This document shows positions 24,546-35,359 of a stretch of 64,000 nt of DNA, piece after piece (the stretch's first letter is position 1; the number at the start of each line of letters is the position of its first letter). A model generated the notes under the pieces. That model saw only the letters and a list, made by a program, of their open reading frames with translations. It was not told the DNA's origin and did no database searches. Origin of the DNA: Lingula anatina (lineage: Eukaryota > Animalia > Brachiopoda). The stretch is from contig CM120641.1 of NCBI GenBank assembly GCA_051362555.1, forward strand, positions 25,302,401-25,366,400, in the 5' to 3' direction. The position numbers were made by a program, and so were the translations under genes.

Positions 24546-27409
24546 ACATTGCAATAATATACCTTCATTGCACCCTTGTTCTTCCTCATGAATTGTGTGA
24601 GAGGTGACGGGCCTGTCAGACTGTATCTCCTCGCCCATACCAATCTGGGAGTTCCGGCCTTTGAAAGCAAGGAATGAAATGTAGGGATCTACAGCATATA
24701 ACCATTACATAATACAATGCCTCTACAAATGCCATAAAATATAATTGTTTTAAAAGTCACAATAGTCACAGAAAATTAAAATCATACAATTACCTGTAAG
24801 TTTGTTTTTCACAGATGATAAGAACCCAGATGCTGTCTGAACTGGAGCTGTTGTCTTTTTAAACTCTGGAAAACAGAAAGTTAAGAAAAATGTGTAAAAT
24901 TTTCCAAGGTATAACATTGATAATACTGGTACATGCTGCATGGTGTAGTAGTTTTGAATAATTTATACTAAAAGTAACAAGTAGTGACAAAGTGTGTGAA
25001 ATATGTACAAGCTAAGTTATTACCACATCTATAGCTACAATGAAAATATTCTAGCAGATTTTCAATAAAGGCTATGATCTGACACTAAAATATTATGCGA
25101 ACTTTGATCAAGTTTAATACAGAGGATATTCTATTATTATTAACATATTTAACAATGCATCTACATTTTTACTAGACAAACTTCTAACAGCCAAAAAAAA
25201 AAAAAAACATGCACTAATTAGCATTATATAATTACCTTTGCCAAGGATGTTGTTTTTGCCTTAGTTGGTTTGTAATAGGTTCAAACAGCCTAACTCAAGA
25301 AGTTATGAACAGATTTTGATTTTATTTTCAGGATAGGTCTGAAATGGGCTAACTTGGAATCAATTACATTTTGGTGGTTATCTACTGATTAAATCATCAA
25401 TCAATTAAACAAAATAAGAAGAATGAGAACTGTGCTGCCGTCTGTGCCTTCATGAAGGTGTATGATTACTAAGTACTTTTCTTAGTTACCTTTACTTTGC
25501 TGGCTCCTAAGACTGCTCCTGGATGGTTTTTGTTTACCCAAATTGCCACCTTGGTAATATATATGTATAGCTATATAGCTATATTGGACATGGTAAACAC
25601 AAAGCAACAGCTAGAGAGCCACACAATAATTACATCTATTTCTAATAACATTATCTACTTTAATTCATCAATGCTTTCTACTTTTTTACTCTTCACCTTT
25701 TTTCAACAAAACAACAGTATTGTCTAATCCAAGCCTGAAATTAAATGCAAAGCTTCTAAAATACAGATTACAATTCTACTAGCTAAATAAGAATCACTCA
25801 TGCTTAAAACTACCATGTTAACTGCATGTAAGCACATACTTTTGATTAAGGACACTAAGCAAACCAGACACAAATGTTCCTCTTACTTGAGTTTCTTCCT
25901 TCTTTCTTGGCAGAGGTCGTTTCCCTGCTGGTTGGGGTCTCTTTCAGGTTAGGCTGTGAGGAATGAGTGGAGGCAGAGTGAATTTTACGAATGGATTTAT
26001 TTTTAGATGAGAGCGTAGGAGCAGTAAAGTCATCACTTCCACGTCTCTCTGTCCGTCTGTTAGTGCTAGACTTTGGTCGCTTAGAGTTTTTAGATGATGA
26101 AGATTTGGATGTGGATGCAGTATATGCTGGTAGACTTTTCTTTCTGTTAGGAGTATCTTTGGCTTTGTCTTGCTCTGCCTCTGTAAATGCTTGTTTTTTA
26201 GGTAACTGAGCTGAGTTAGACCAAGATTTTGAATCATTGACTTTTATGGATTCACTGGCATTTAATTGATTTTTGTCTGATAGATCAACAACTGTACAAT
26301 AGTCAGATTGAGTATTCTCTTTGCCTGATGCATCATCTGACCTGACAGACATCAATTTTTTAGCAGTTTCTTGTTCATTTTGTGCTTGCGCGTGTGCCTC
26401 CTTTTTCTGAGGCGTTTTTATGGATTGATTATTAGCTTTTGTTTCTGATTCAAACCATTTACAAATTTCATTAATATCTGGAATAACCTCAAATGATGGT
26501 CCTCTTTTTTCCTTGGATTCATTGTTTTGTCTGTGTGGAAGAGGATCTGCTTTTGTACTGACTTGAGAAACATTTTCAGATTTAGGGTCAACAGCAGGTT
26601 GAGCCTCGATTGTTTTTGGTTGTGATTGTGTTTGTTGAGACACTTGAGATGAGGAGTCTCCAGCAGAAGAATTGCCACTCATGTTCAGTTGAGATTGCAT
26701 CTGTTGAGATGTCTGTGATGTGTTGAAGTCCATTGAGGCCTGGGAGTGATGACTGATAGGCAAGGTGTTCTCAGGGGACGACACAGCCTCTGCAGGGGAA
26801 GACTCAGCATGCTCAGGTAACATGGCTAGGGTGTGGGTTGGGAGTGCACTAGGTCTAGGCGTGGAGGTGAGAGGGGGTGGAGGGGGTGCAGCAGGGGGTG
26901 GTGGAGCTTGCTCTGGAATTACAGGGAGCGCTGGTGGTGGTTGGGCATTCACTGGTGTTTGGACCTAGGTAAGGAAGGAATTGACATCAATATCATGCAG
27001 GATACTAATATTTATACACACACAATATGTATCAGCAGACCTGTAGCCAGTCTATTTCAAAAGGAGGTTCTTATTCCAAAAAGTGGACCCTTTTCCCCTT
27101 AGTTGACTTTGATTCAGACTGAACCTTCTCCAGCCTAAAAGGAGATTCTTTCAAACCTCCCACATTTGCCTATAGGCCTGATCAGTATTATTTAGAACAA
27201 TTATTTAGAACATTTAGTGTTGTCATTTGGGACTAAGGATACAAATTAACATTCTCAGTAACACCAATTCTTCAATCATAAACTTAATATTTCTCAAAAT
27301 AATTATTAATTATATTAAAAATGTTCTTAAATATTATATTAATAATGTTATTAAATTTATCAGCATTATTATCTTCATTATCATTCTTTTTAATATTACT
27401 ATTACTGTC

Positions 27410-27462
<53 letters not shown>

Positions 27463-29421
27463 ATTTAATATGTATACTATTGTTGTACCATACCCATGAC
27501 AAAGATGTCACAGTGAAATACACTATCACTATCCTATAGACTTAATGATAATAAAACTATAAAGAATTACAAGAGATCCATTGAAACATGTCCCCAGAAA
27601 TGCTACCTCATTTGCAGAAGAATTAAGTGCATCCTCTCCCATGGTAAAAGAAACAGTATGACTCATACTGCTCATGGATTGAGACAAACTAGTTTGTGGT
27701 CGTTTCAAAACCTGTGGCTTCTTCTCCACCAAATTCTGCCAGGATCTTTCCAGAAAACTAATCATTTCAGGCCAGCTGGAAGCAGACAACAACCCATTAC
27801 AACACTCCATTAAGAAGCTAACTGTTGTCTGAATGTAGTTAGGTATCCTAATTATGTTCATAAAGTAAACGTAATGGGATATGTAATACAGGTAAAGAAG
27901 AATATCATTAAGATCACATTTCACACAGCAAGCGCTAAACTGTGATATTTGAATCCATTTCATCTCTTAGGAGTAAAGTTCAGATACCCACTTAAGATTT
28001 TTCTGTCTCCTTGCTTCCATTTTTTTTCTTTCTGTCTAATACTGACTTACCTTATCATTTCATTCTTTTCGTCATCACACCTGTTCATGATGCCATTTAA
28101 GAGAGCTCCATAGATTGGGATTTGGTGGTTCAGGCAAATCTCCAACATCTGTCAGGAAAGAGGAAAAACAAAATTGTGTTTTTATTCTCATTTACTACTC
28201 CGACACATATTCTTATAAATTGTCTTAAGTTGAAGGACACCTGAAAATAATGCTGCTGTTTTGTTTCTTAACAATTTTTTGTTTTCAGCATTGCTTAAGT
28301 GTGCCACAAAATTTTACACATACCTGTATCAGTATATTTGCTGTTTCACTAGTCCATGTCTAAGCATAGTTTTAACTCTTATAAAATAGCATGTACCTGT
28401 TTCTTCGCTATTTTCCCTGTTCTGTTAGAATCTTGGGTTTGAAAAGACTGCTTCAATTCCTCCGCATCGAAATATTCCCCTCCACGCTCCATCTGTTCCT
28501 CCAGTCTTCTCAGGAGATCAGCGTCTTTCTCTTCCTGTGTTAATTGGGACTGGCACTTGTCCACATCCAAGTCATTCCGAGTATTTATGGCAATAACACT
28601 GTCCCTGCCTGAAGAGAAAAAATATATACATATTTATTTAACCTAAATTTAACAGACCACTTACTTTATACAAAAATTATAGAATAAATCTTCAACCACA
28701 TTTAAACAAGTTTTGTTGGAGTTTGGAATCCTTTCAATTTAAAATTAATTTTAACTCATGGTTCTCTTATTATAACACATATTGTCAATCTATAGCAAGT
28801 GTACAGGTTCATCTCCTGTAAAATACAACTAAAATGCAATTTGACACTTATGGGGTAAATATTACAAAAGGACATGAAAAAATCTAATAGCTGCCATGAA
28901 AATATTTCAATCAAATTGGTTTTCTAACTAAACCTGCCTTTTTATCAAATGAAGCTCCCCTGAAATTTGTAGTAAAACCAAAGTATGGTTTGGCAGTCAC
29001 GGTAAAACTGTCACCAAATTTTTAATGCCTCTGTGTATAAAAATCTTCCAGTATATAATGAATATTCATGAAAATAAAGTTAATAAAATTAACCACACCT
29101 GTCTTTGACTGTGCTGTTACAAGACATTTGTAGAGTTTTTCAAAATCTATTCCTTTTTGGTCTGTGAATCTTTCCACTAGCATCTGGAAAACTCTGTTGG
29201 GAATTTTCAAGTTGTTTTCCTGAAAAGTAAAAATGATATTTGAAACAGTTTTGTTGGCTAAATATTCAGTAAGCAGAAAACTATTTGGCTGTTTAAATAG
29301 TTATATCTGCTTAAAATCAATACATGCAAAACTTAAATATTAATAAATGGTTCAATTTTGTTTTAGCATGGGTTTCAAAGGTTTCTTAAAATGTTAAAAA
29401 AGCATGTCTGAATGTTTACAA

Positions 29422-29478
<57 letters not shown>

Positions 29479-32068
29479 GATAAAGCTAAATGGTAATCAT
29501 CAAATACCATACAAATGTTAACCAAATTAACCTCAACTTTGCTTACAAATAAATATTCTTTCTCCCAATATATCTAAATGCCTGCATGAAACAATTTATT
29601 CTAGAATAACATAAGATTGTCACCTAAACAGAGCCCAGGGCTTGACATAGCCAATTATTAATTTACTTAACTAAACTTGCAGGAGGAAGAGAACTTGTAG
29701 TAAGAGTGCTTGTGAAAGGTAGTAAAACCCTCAGTAGCTAAATTTAATGTTAAAACTTCTAAAAGTGAACTGGTACAAACTGCATCAGTTAAGTTTAACT
29801 CTCTATGTAAAAATGACCTTAGCCTACCTGAAGCACCTGAAAGAGTTCCTTGCTTGTTACCCTCGACTCAACATTGGACCCATATTTACGTAAACTCATC
29901 TGAACAGCTCTCAAGCGTTGCCGACTGCATTCTTTCAAGGGGCCCCTGAGCATGGAGTGAAGATGAATTTCTGGGTCTTCTTCTGTAACTTTACCTCTGT
30001 CTTCTTCCTCTTGGAAGGCACTAAAACTGGCAACTGACATGATAATAAAAAAAGCTTAACTTGCAGTCCTTTCACTGAACCATGTAGTACTTCAAAATTG
30101 GAACATGAAGGAAATTTGGTGATATAGATTTTTACTTGTATTACGTGCAAAGATGGCAAAAAAGGAAATTGACTAAACTTGTCTCTCCCTGTTTGATAAT
30201 GGGTCAACCATGCCTCAAAGAGAAAAAAACTTGTTTAATCTTTACATAAATTATTTACTTTTTTATCACGAAGGAAACTGTCATTATTGGATGAATAGCA
30301 GTTAAGATTGTTTAGGGTTTTATTCACTAAACCTGATATCAAATTGAGTAAACATTTCTAAAAGTTATTAAAAGATACATCACAATGACCAATTACTAGA
30401 GTGTGGTTCTTATTTCACACATCTGTTTCATCTCAAATATTATTTTCATCATTTAACTGATGTACTGTATATTTCAGATAACACATGTATATCATATATC
30501 ATTTTATTGTTGTAGAAATTGAACTGAAATATCTTGTCATACTTTCAGCCTAACATTTTAATTTCCTGCTGTAAATTTACAATCTATATTTGATACAATG
30601 TACAGTGTGTATAAAGTTCATCAATAAAAAAATCAATTCTCTGCTGTTCATTATCTGGACAAAGCCCTCCATTATTGATTTCAGGTGCTGGACTTAAATG
30701 CTTGTTACAAGTTACTCAGCAACAGATGAACACGTAATTATCCTGCTGAATTCTTGCTCATTCATGGCACATAGAAATTTGGTATTAAGTTTATCATGGA
30801 AAATAATAATGATAATAATAATAATACTAATAAACAGAAAATAAAGATGTGTTTAAATCTTTGTTTTTGGTGATAACATTCATATCATTTCATGACGTGC
30901 AATTCACAGTTTTTTCACACAATACATTCTTTTTTGCTGAAATTGTCTTTTAAGATTCTTGAAAAATTCTTGAAAAAAATATGTTTGTTTTTATTAAATA
31001 AAAAAAAAAAGAAAATTTAGTTTGACTATGTCTTACCACCCAGGTGTTCAACTTACTTGAGTTGCCTCCTAAAGAGAGCTCAGTGGCCCTGGGAGTTCTC
31101 CTCGTTTTAGCAGACTGAGAATTTGATCTTTTCTGAAATCAACATGACAATGTTTTCCATAACATGTCAAATTTGTTTAAAAAATACACTTAATTTGGTG
31201 CACTGGTTAAAAGTTTGCGTAAAAGAAGCTTTTAAATCTGATTTTTTAACCAGCCTGCTAATATACATGTACAACTTCAGAGACATTTTGTGGAGGTTAC
31301 AAGAATCTTAATGAGCTTCCTCCAAAATTTGGTGTAAACTACATGTAATTACAATTGAGAAAAGTTACCAATATGTATTCCTACCATCTCATTCCATGCC
31401 TGTGAACCATCACTTGAATTCAATGTAGAGTTCAAGCTGGTGTTCAAATTGAGAATCCCTCCAGTCCTGGCAACAGTTCTGAGGCGACTGTGACCAGATT
31501 GGCTCTTGTTCTGAGACATTGTTGCTGTGTCTACGTAGGCGTCTTCAAAAACCTCAAGTTCCTGCAAATCAGATTTATGGTATCTACCTGATTGTGGTTG
31601 TATTATGAGGTAATGTTATGAATTCCCTTTGGCATCGCAACAAGTGTTGTGTAACAAATATCAACTTTTTGAAAGAATGCCGATTCTCATAATCAGAGAA
31701 GAAATAAGTATCCAACTTGCCAGAGTCATTTTCAAAACAGAACTAATCTAAGAACATCAAATAAATCCAAAGTTAATTTTTTATATGAAACAAGATACAG
31801 GTAAATTTATTGCTTGTATAGTTTTTTTGGAATAGCCCCAAGAAAGCATTCATACTATAATTATCAAAATGAAATATGCTTTACTTTGTTAAAAATAATA
31901 TCAAGTTTAAGGCTACTTACCCAGATTTTTCTTATATTCTACAGCACCATGTGAAGTTGCAGATGACCACTGAACTGGGAAAGCCTCTGTGGCAACCCCA
32001 CCTCACTGAAACATGCACTTCATTGATTAACTTCTTAATACTCTTACCTCACATTCCAGATCCATCAT
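12192..32068 (-). CDS. Echinoderm microtubule-associated protein-like (EML/EMAP family) with N-terminal EF-hand-like region, about 1,495 aa, about 30 exons
   Basis: Phase-consistent exons in transcript order: 32068-32048, 31969-31921, 31587-31385, 31132-31057, 30033-29828, 29219-29099, 28608-28397, 28148-28051, 27775-27607, 26964-25887, 24865-24794, 24658-24563, 23342-23135, 22936-22787, 22521-22455, 22258-22154, 21624-21577, 18008-17922, 17445-17302, 17020-16880, 16635-16522, 15747-15595, 15247-15107, 14932-14862, 14637-14540, 13969-13863, 13426-13327, 13152-13057, 12750-12617, 12314-12192. HELP motif PPKERLKLEWVYGYRGNDCRSN...QRHYREHTEDIKC. WD40 motifs VATGQ, LVTGDSNGTIYVW, AHEGPVFSL, LLSGGRDG, GHMSSITGLDWS and SVGGRDTCVLQW. 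The WD40 part is secure. The first 3-4 exons, the start codon and the 23342 acceptor (alternative 23333) are tentative. Confidence 0.88.
14070..14297. mobile_element. PIF/Harbinger-type MITE
   Basis: TIR gggctcat / atgagccc, internal inverted repeat gtagatcaatccaactc / gagttggatcgatctac, 3-bp TSD tat. Related to 46821-47191. Confidence 0.75.
16054..16221. mobile_element. CAG-ended MITE with 7-bp TSD
   Basis: TIR caggggcggat / atccgcccctg. TSD ctctaat at 16047-16053 and 16222-16228. A decayed reverse copy lies at about 18356-18524. Confidence 0.85.
17581..17799. mobile_element. PIF/Harbinger-type MITE
   Basis: Reverse-complement homologue of 1362-1584, flanked by tat/tat. Confidence 0.7.
18755..18977 (+). 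mobile_element. Short HINE-type element nested in family A copy 2
   Basis: aactagaaaagcactc..gagtgc...ccaaggc at the 5' end and gacagacaaaca...aacctccttggc..gaggtaa at the 3' end. Inserted in an A run that is uninterrupted in copy 1 (about 2421-2460). Confidence 0.7.
19025..19109. repeat. (TA)n microsatellite
   Basis: About 42 perfect units. Confidence 0.95.
23494..24469. mobile_element. 976-bp non-autonomous DNA transposon with long TIRs and 5-bp TSD
   Basis: caggcctacccaactaccagactc...ttacagagtatc (23494-23602) is inverted at 24361-24469. TSD agaca at 23489-23493 and 24470-24474. No transposase ORF. Confidence 0.9.
24508..24548. repeat. (CA)n microsatellite
   Basis: AC dinucleotide run just downstream of the EML exon 24563-24658 donor. 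It reads as UG repeats in the pre-mRNA. Confidence 0.9.
27036..27180. mobile_element. CAG-ended MITE with 5-bp TSD (same family as 11966-12081)
   Basis: cagacctgtagccag ... gcctataggcctg. TSD atcag at 27031-27035 and 27181-27185. Confidence 0.8.
27411..27461. repeat. (ATT)n microsatellite in AT-rich low-complexity tract
   Basis: About 17 units. It explains the poly-I, poly-N and poly-L ORFs in the ORF track. Confidence 0.95.
29420..29475. repeat. (AAAT)n microsatellite
   Basis: About 14 units. Confidence 0.95.
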
Positions 32069-35000
32069 TTTCTTAGTTACGTCGATTCTCCGCTCTCATA
32101 AATTCTGGCAAAAAAATCTAATTTTCAAGTAATGGCTGTAGTATAAAGAGAGAGATCACAAGAACAGGTCAATCATGGCATGTAGCATATACCATCATAG
32201 GCAAGCCAGTGATGGCACAAGCATGGCTATTACAAGGCAGTGAATGGGCATGACAGATTTATCATGTTGCGAGGCCTTATGCAAACACTGTCATACAAAA
32301 AGATATAATGGACTTCAATATTGACTGTTTGGCATTAACCTGGGTCTTATCAGAGTCCATTTATCCTCTGTGTACAGTGTGTTCAAAGTCGGAATAAAAT
32401 CTCTATGGAAATGGGTTGTAATTTCCTGGTTTTTTCAGACCACATTTGTGAAAAAATACACTAATGACAGTCTGGATGCAAGGTACGTTATGTGCAGGAT
32501 ATAAAGCACCCCAGACAAAATATCCAGGAAAAGATTTGACATTATCTTGGTTAAGGCAGAAATAGGTGTCTCATAAGATGAATAATGTGCAAGTAAACCT
32601 ATCATTTAGCCAGGATTATTGAACATTGGCTCTCGCACAACTACGGAAGATTCTACACTTCCTGGCAACCAACATAATGCATAGCCACTTTCACATAATG
32701 CACATGGCTTATTTTAAACAGTCTATATTGATTTAAACAAAATTACATATTTTTAAAAGTTGGGTTTTAAAAACTTAAGCAAACAAAAACATTTCCTTTT
32801 ACTTGAAGTAACTGACCATGAGATTCTGAAACAAAAATAACAAAACAAACAAAAATGTAAACAAACAAATAATGAGCTGGTTTATCTAAATAATTTATTT
32901 TTAATACAGTAATTCCTAACCATTCTTCTGTTTGTTAATAAAAGAAAAAAGCTTGTTATTTACTTGATTTGAGTCAAGTACATTATGTACACAGTTACCT
33001 ACATATATCTTAATATATTCATTACATTTTGACTTTAATTCAATTTTATTAGTGAGTGACCATACCATGCTTTTAAGACAGGAGAAATAACAATTTTAAA
33101 ATAAAAGGATAATTAATTTATGATGATGGCAAAATTTTCCTCAGAAAGAGTTCAGATTAGATTTTTTTTAATTAGTTAGATTTCAGTATATTTGCATATC
33201 AAACACTGTCATACTATTTTTAAATGCACTTACATGTAAATGTGAAAAAAAAAACTCATGTCCTAAATACAAAATCAAAATAATACTTACTTGAAATTCA
33301 TGCTTTTCTGAAATGGTGCACAGGCTCAAGTAAATATTGCCATAAATGTAGTAATATCTGTTATAAGATACTTTGCTTATTTTCGCCAAAATGGCTTTTT
33401 CTTGTTCACCAAAGTCCTGAAAAAGGGAGAGCTTAAAATCAAAGCTGCTTTCTTAGTCATCAATCTACTTCAAAATGTTTGAACTTTCCATTAAAGAAAG
33501 GTGTGAAAACCACAACAGCGATGTAACTAAATATTACGAAGGCAGCATTAGTGATGTCTAGAGATTAAAAAAGCAGTTCAGTGAGAACTTAAGAAGGTAA
33601 GTTACCAGGGGAGAATCAATATTTTTGTGAAAAGTAATTATAGTTCAGGAAACCAGTGCTGGTGTTGATTCAGATAAGCAAGTGCTCAGTTTCTTTGTAA
33701 GAAAAAATCCCTTTTCATTTGAGAACTCGATCATCATATCAAAAACTAAATGTTAGAAAAATCTTATATAGAAATATAGACAGATTATATCTAAGTTCTA
33801 CAACATCTTACATATTTTTCACATCCGGTCACCTTATCAATATTAGCTGCCATAATAAATTGCATACTCCATGCGTACATGTACTGTGCTAGATCTAAAA
33901 CTGGTCCATTTAAGCTACTGTGGTAAGACCCACCTATCCTATATTCAAGCAATCATTCTTTACCACCCATACTTACATTATGATAAAATTAACATTGACT
34001 ATGTTTAAATTTCACCTTGAGAACTGATCTTATAAATTTTAACAATTAACTAATTTCCAGGATTATTAAAAAATGTTCTATATTGTGTAATACAGTATCT
34101 TTACTTTGGTGCCAAAAATGACATGCAAGGTCATTTAACCCAATTACATGTCACAAGTGGAGAAAGGATATCAATAAAATTAAAAGAGAGATCCCAGCAT
34201 GTTAGATGCTTGGCAAGCACAGGACACCTAGGGTAGATATATGTAATATGATTCATAGCTAGAATAATCATTTGCAGGTAGTTCTCGGTTCTTGCATGGT
34301 TCTTTTGATATCCAGAAAAAACTGCCAGATTTGAAGATGTAAGCAGTTAAAGTAATAATGACAATAAAACTTATGAAAATAAAGAGGGCAAAAAATAAGG
34401 AAATAGAAATTATATAATTAAAAATTTTATGTGCTTGATGAGGCTACAGAAAAGTTAAATTCAAAACTCGGCAAGGTGCATAGCACAAAGTTTACTGCAT
34501 TAACACTCCTATTTACAGTTTCTCATATAAAGAACATAACAGAAAATGGTAATAAGTGTACTAATGCACGAAAGTGCTAGGTGCTGCAATACTATTTTTT
34601 ATCCATAAAACGTGGATGTGCTGCTAGCCTGAATCTCACCAAGAGGATCTCACCAAACACACTCCTGGAGATCCGAGCACAATCATCCCAAGGATATCGT
34701 TCTCCCATCATCATAACTTTAATTTTTTCTCCAGTTATTATTGGTTTGGTTTTGATACAAAACTGTGTTGACTAATTAAAAAATAAATTAAAAATGAATA
34801 TTTTTAAATAAAAATATATAATCTTTCTCTCACTCTTTTGCATGCTCACTCTCTTGCATGGGAAAACTAAAAGCAATCGTGTTTCTTTTAACTTGTGAAC
34901 ATGGATGGTGAACTTATTGTAACATTAAATATAGTGGATTTAACTGGTAGAAGTCCACCTATTAAATATTGTGCTAAACAAGAAATGGCCGTTAAAAGTG

Positions 35001-35359
35001 TACACTATTTCTAAAACATGCTAATTTCTTTGAAACGCTTGAGCGAGCACCTGTCGCCCACACAATACAAAATCATCCCCTGCGATAATTATCTTTACAT
35101 TTGTACTTGTTTCACTGAGATAACAGGACATTAAGCTCCAAAACACTGTACTGGAATGAAAAGTATCACCTTTCTCATGCGGCAGAGGGCGCTTGCGACT
35201 CTCCAATCAAATAGGGATTCGGCATCCCACAGAGCCACATTTTAGACACAACCGCGCATTTGGTACTCGAAGCAACAACGTGAGAAGACCCAGGCAAGCG
35301 ACTGCCATGTGAATGCTCACCAACAAGTACCAGGAGAAGTGTAAACTTTCATCTCAGAC

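Noticed and set aside
27227-27539. ORFs with poly-I, poly-N and poly-L; likewise the YIYI ORF at 18813-19142
   Set aside because: Artefacts of the (ATT)n and (TA)n microsatellites.
32658-32669. Partial X-box (cttcctggcaac) upstream of the EML start
   Set aside because: Only one good half-site and the TSS is unknown, so it is too weak to call.
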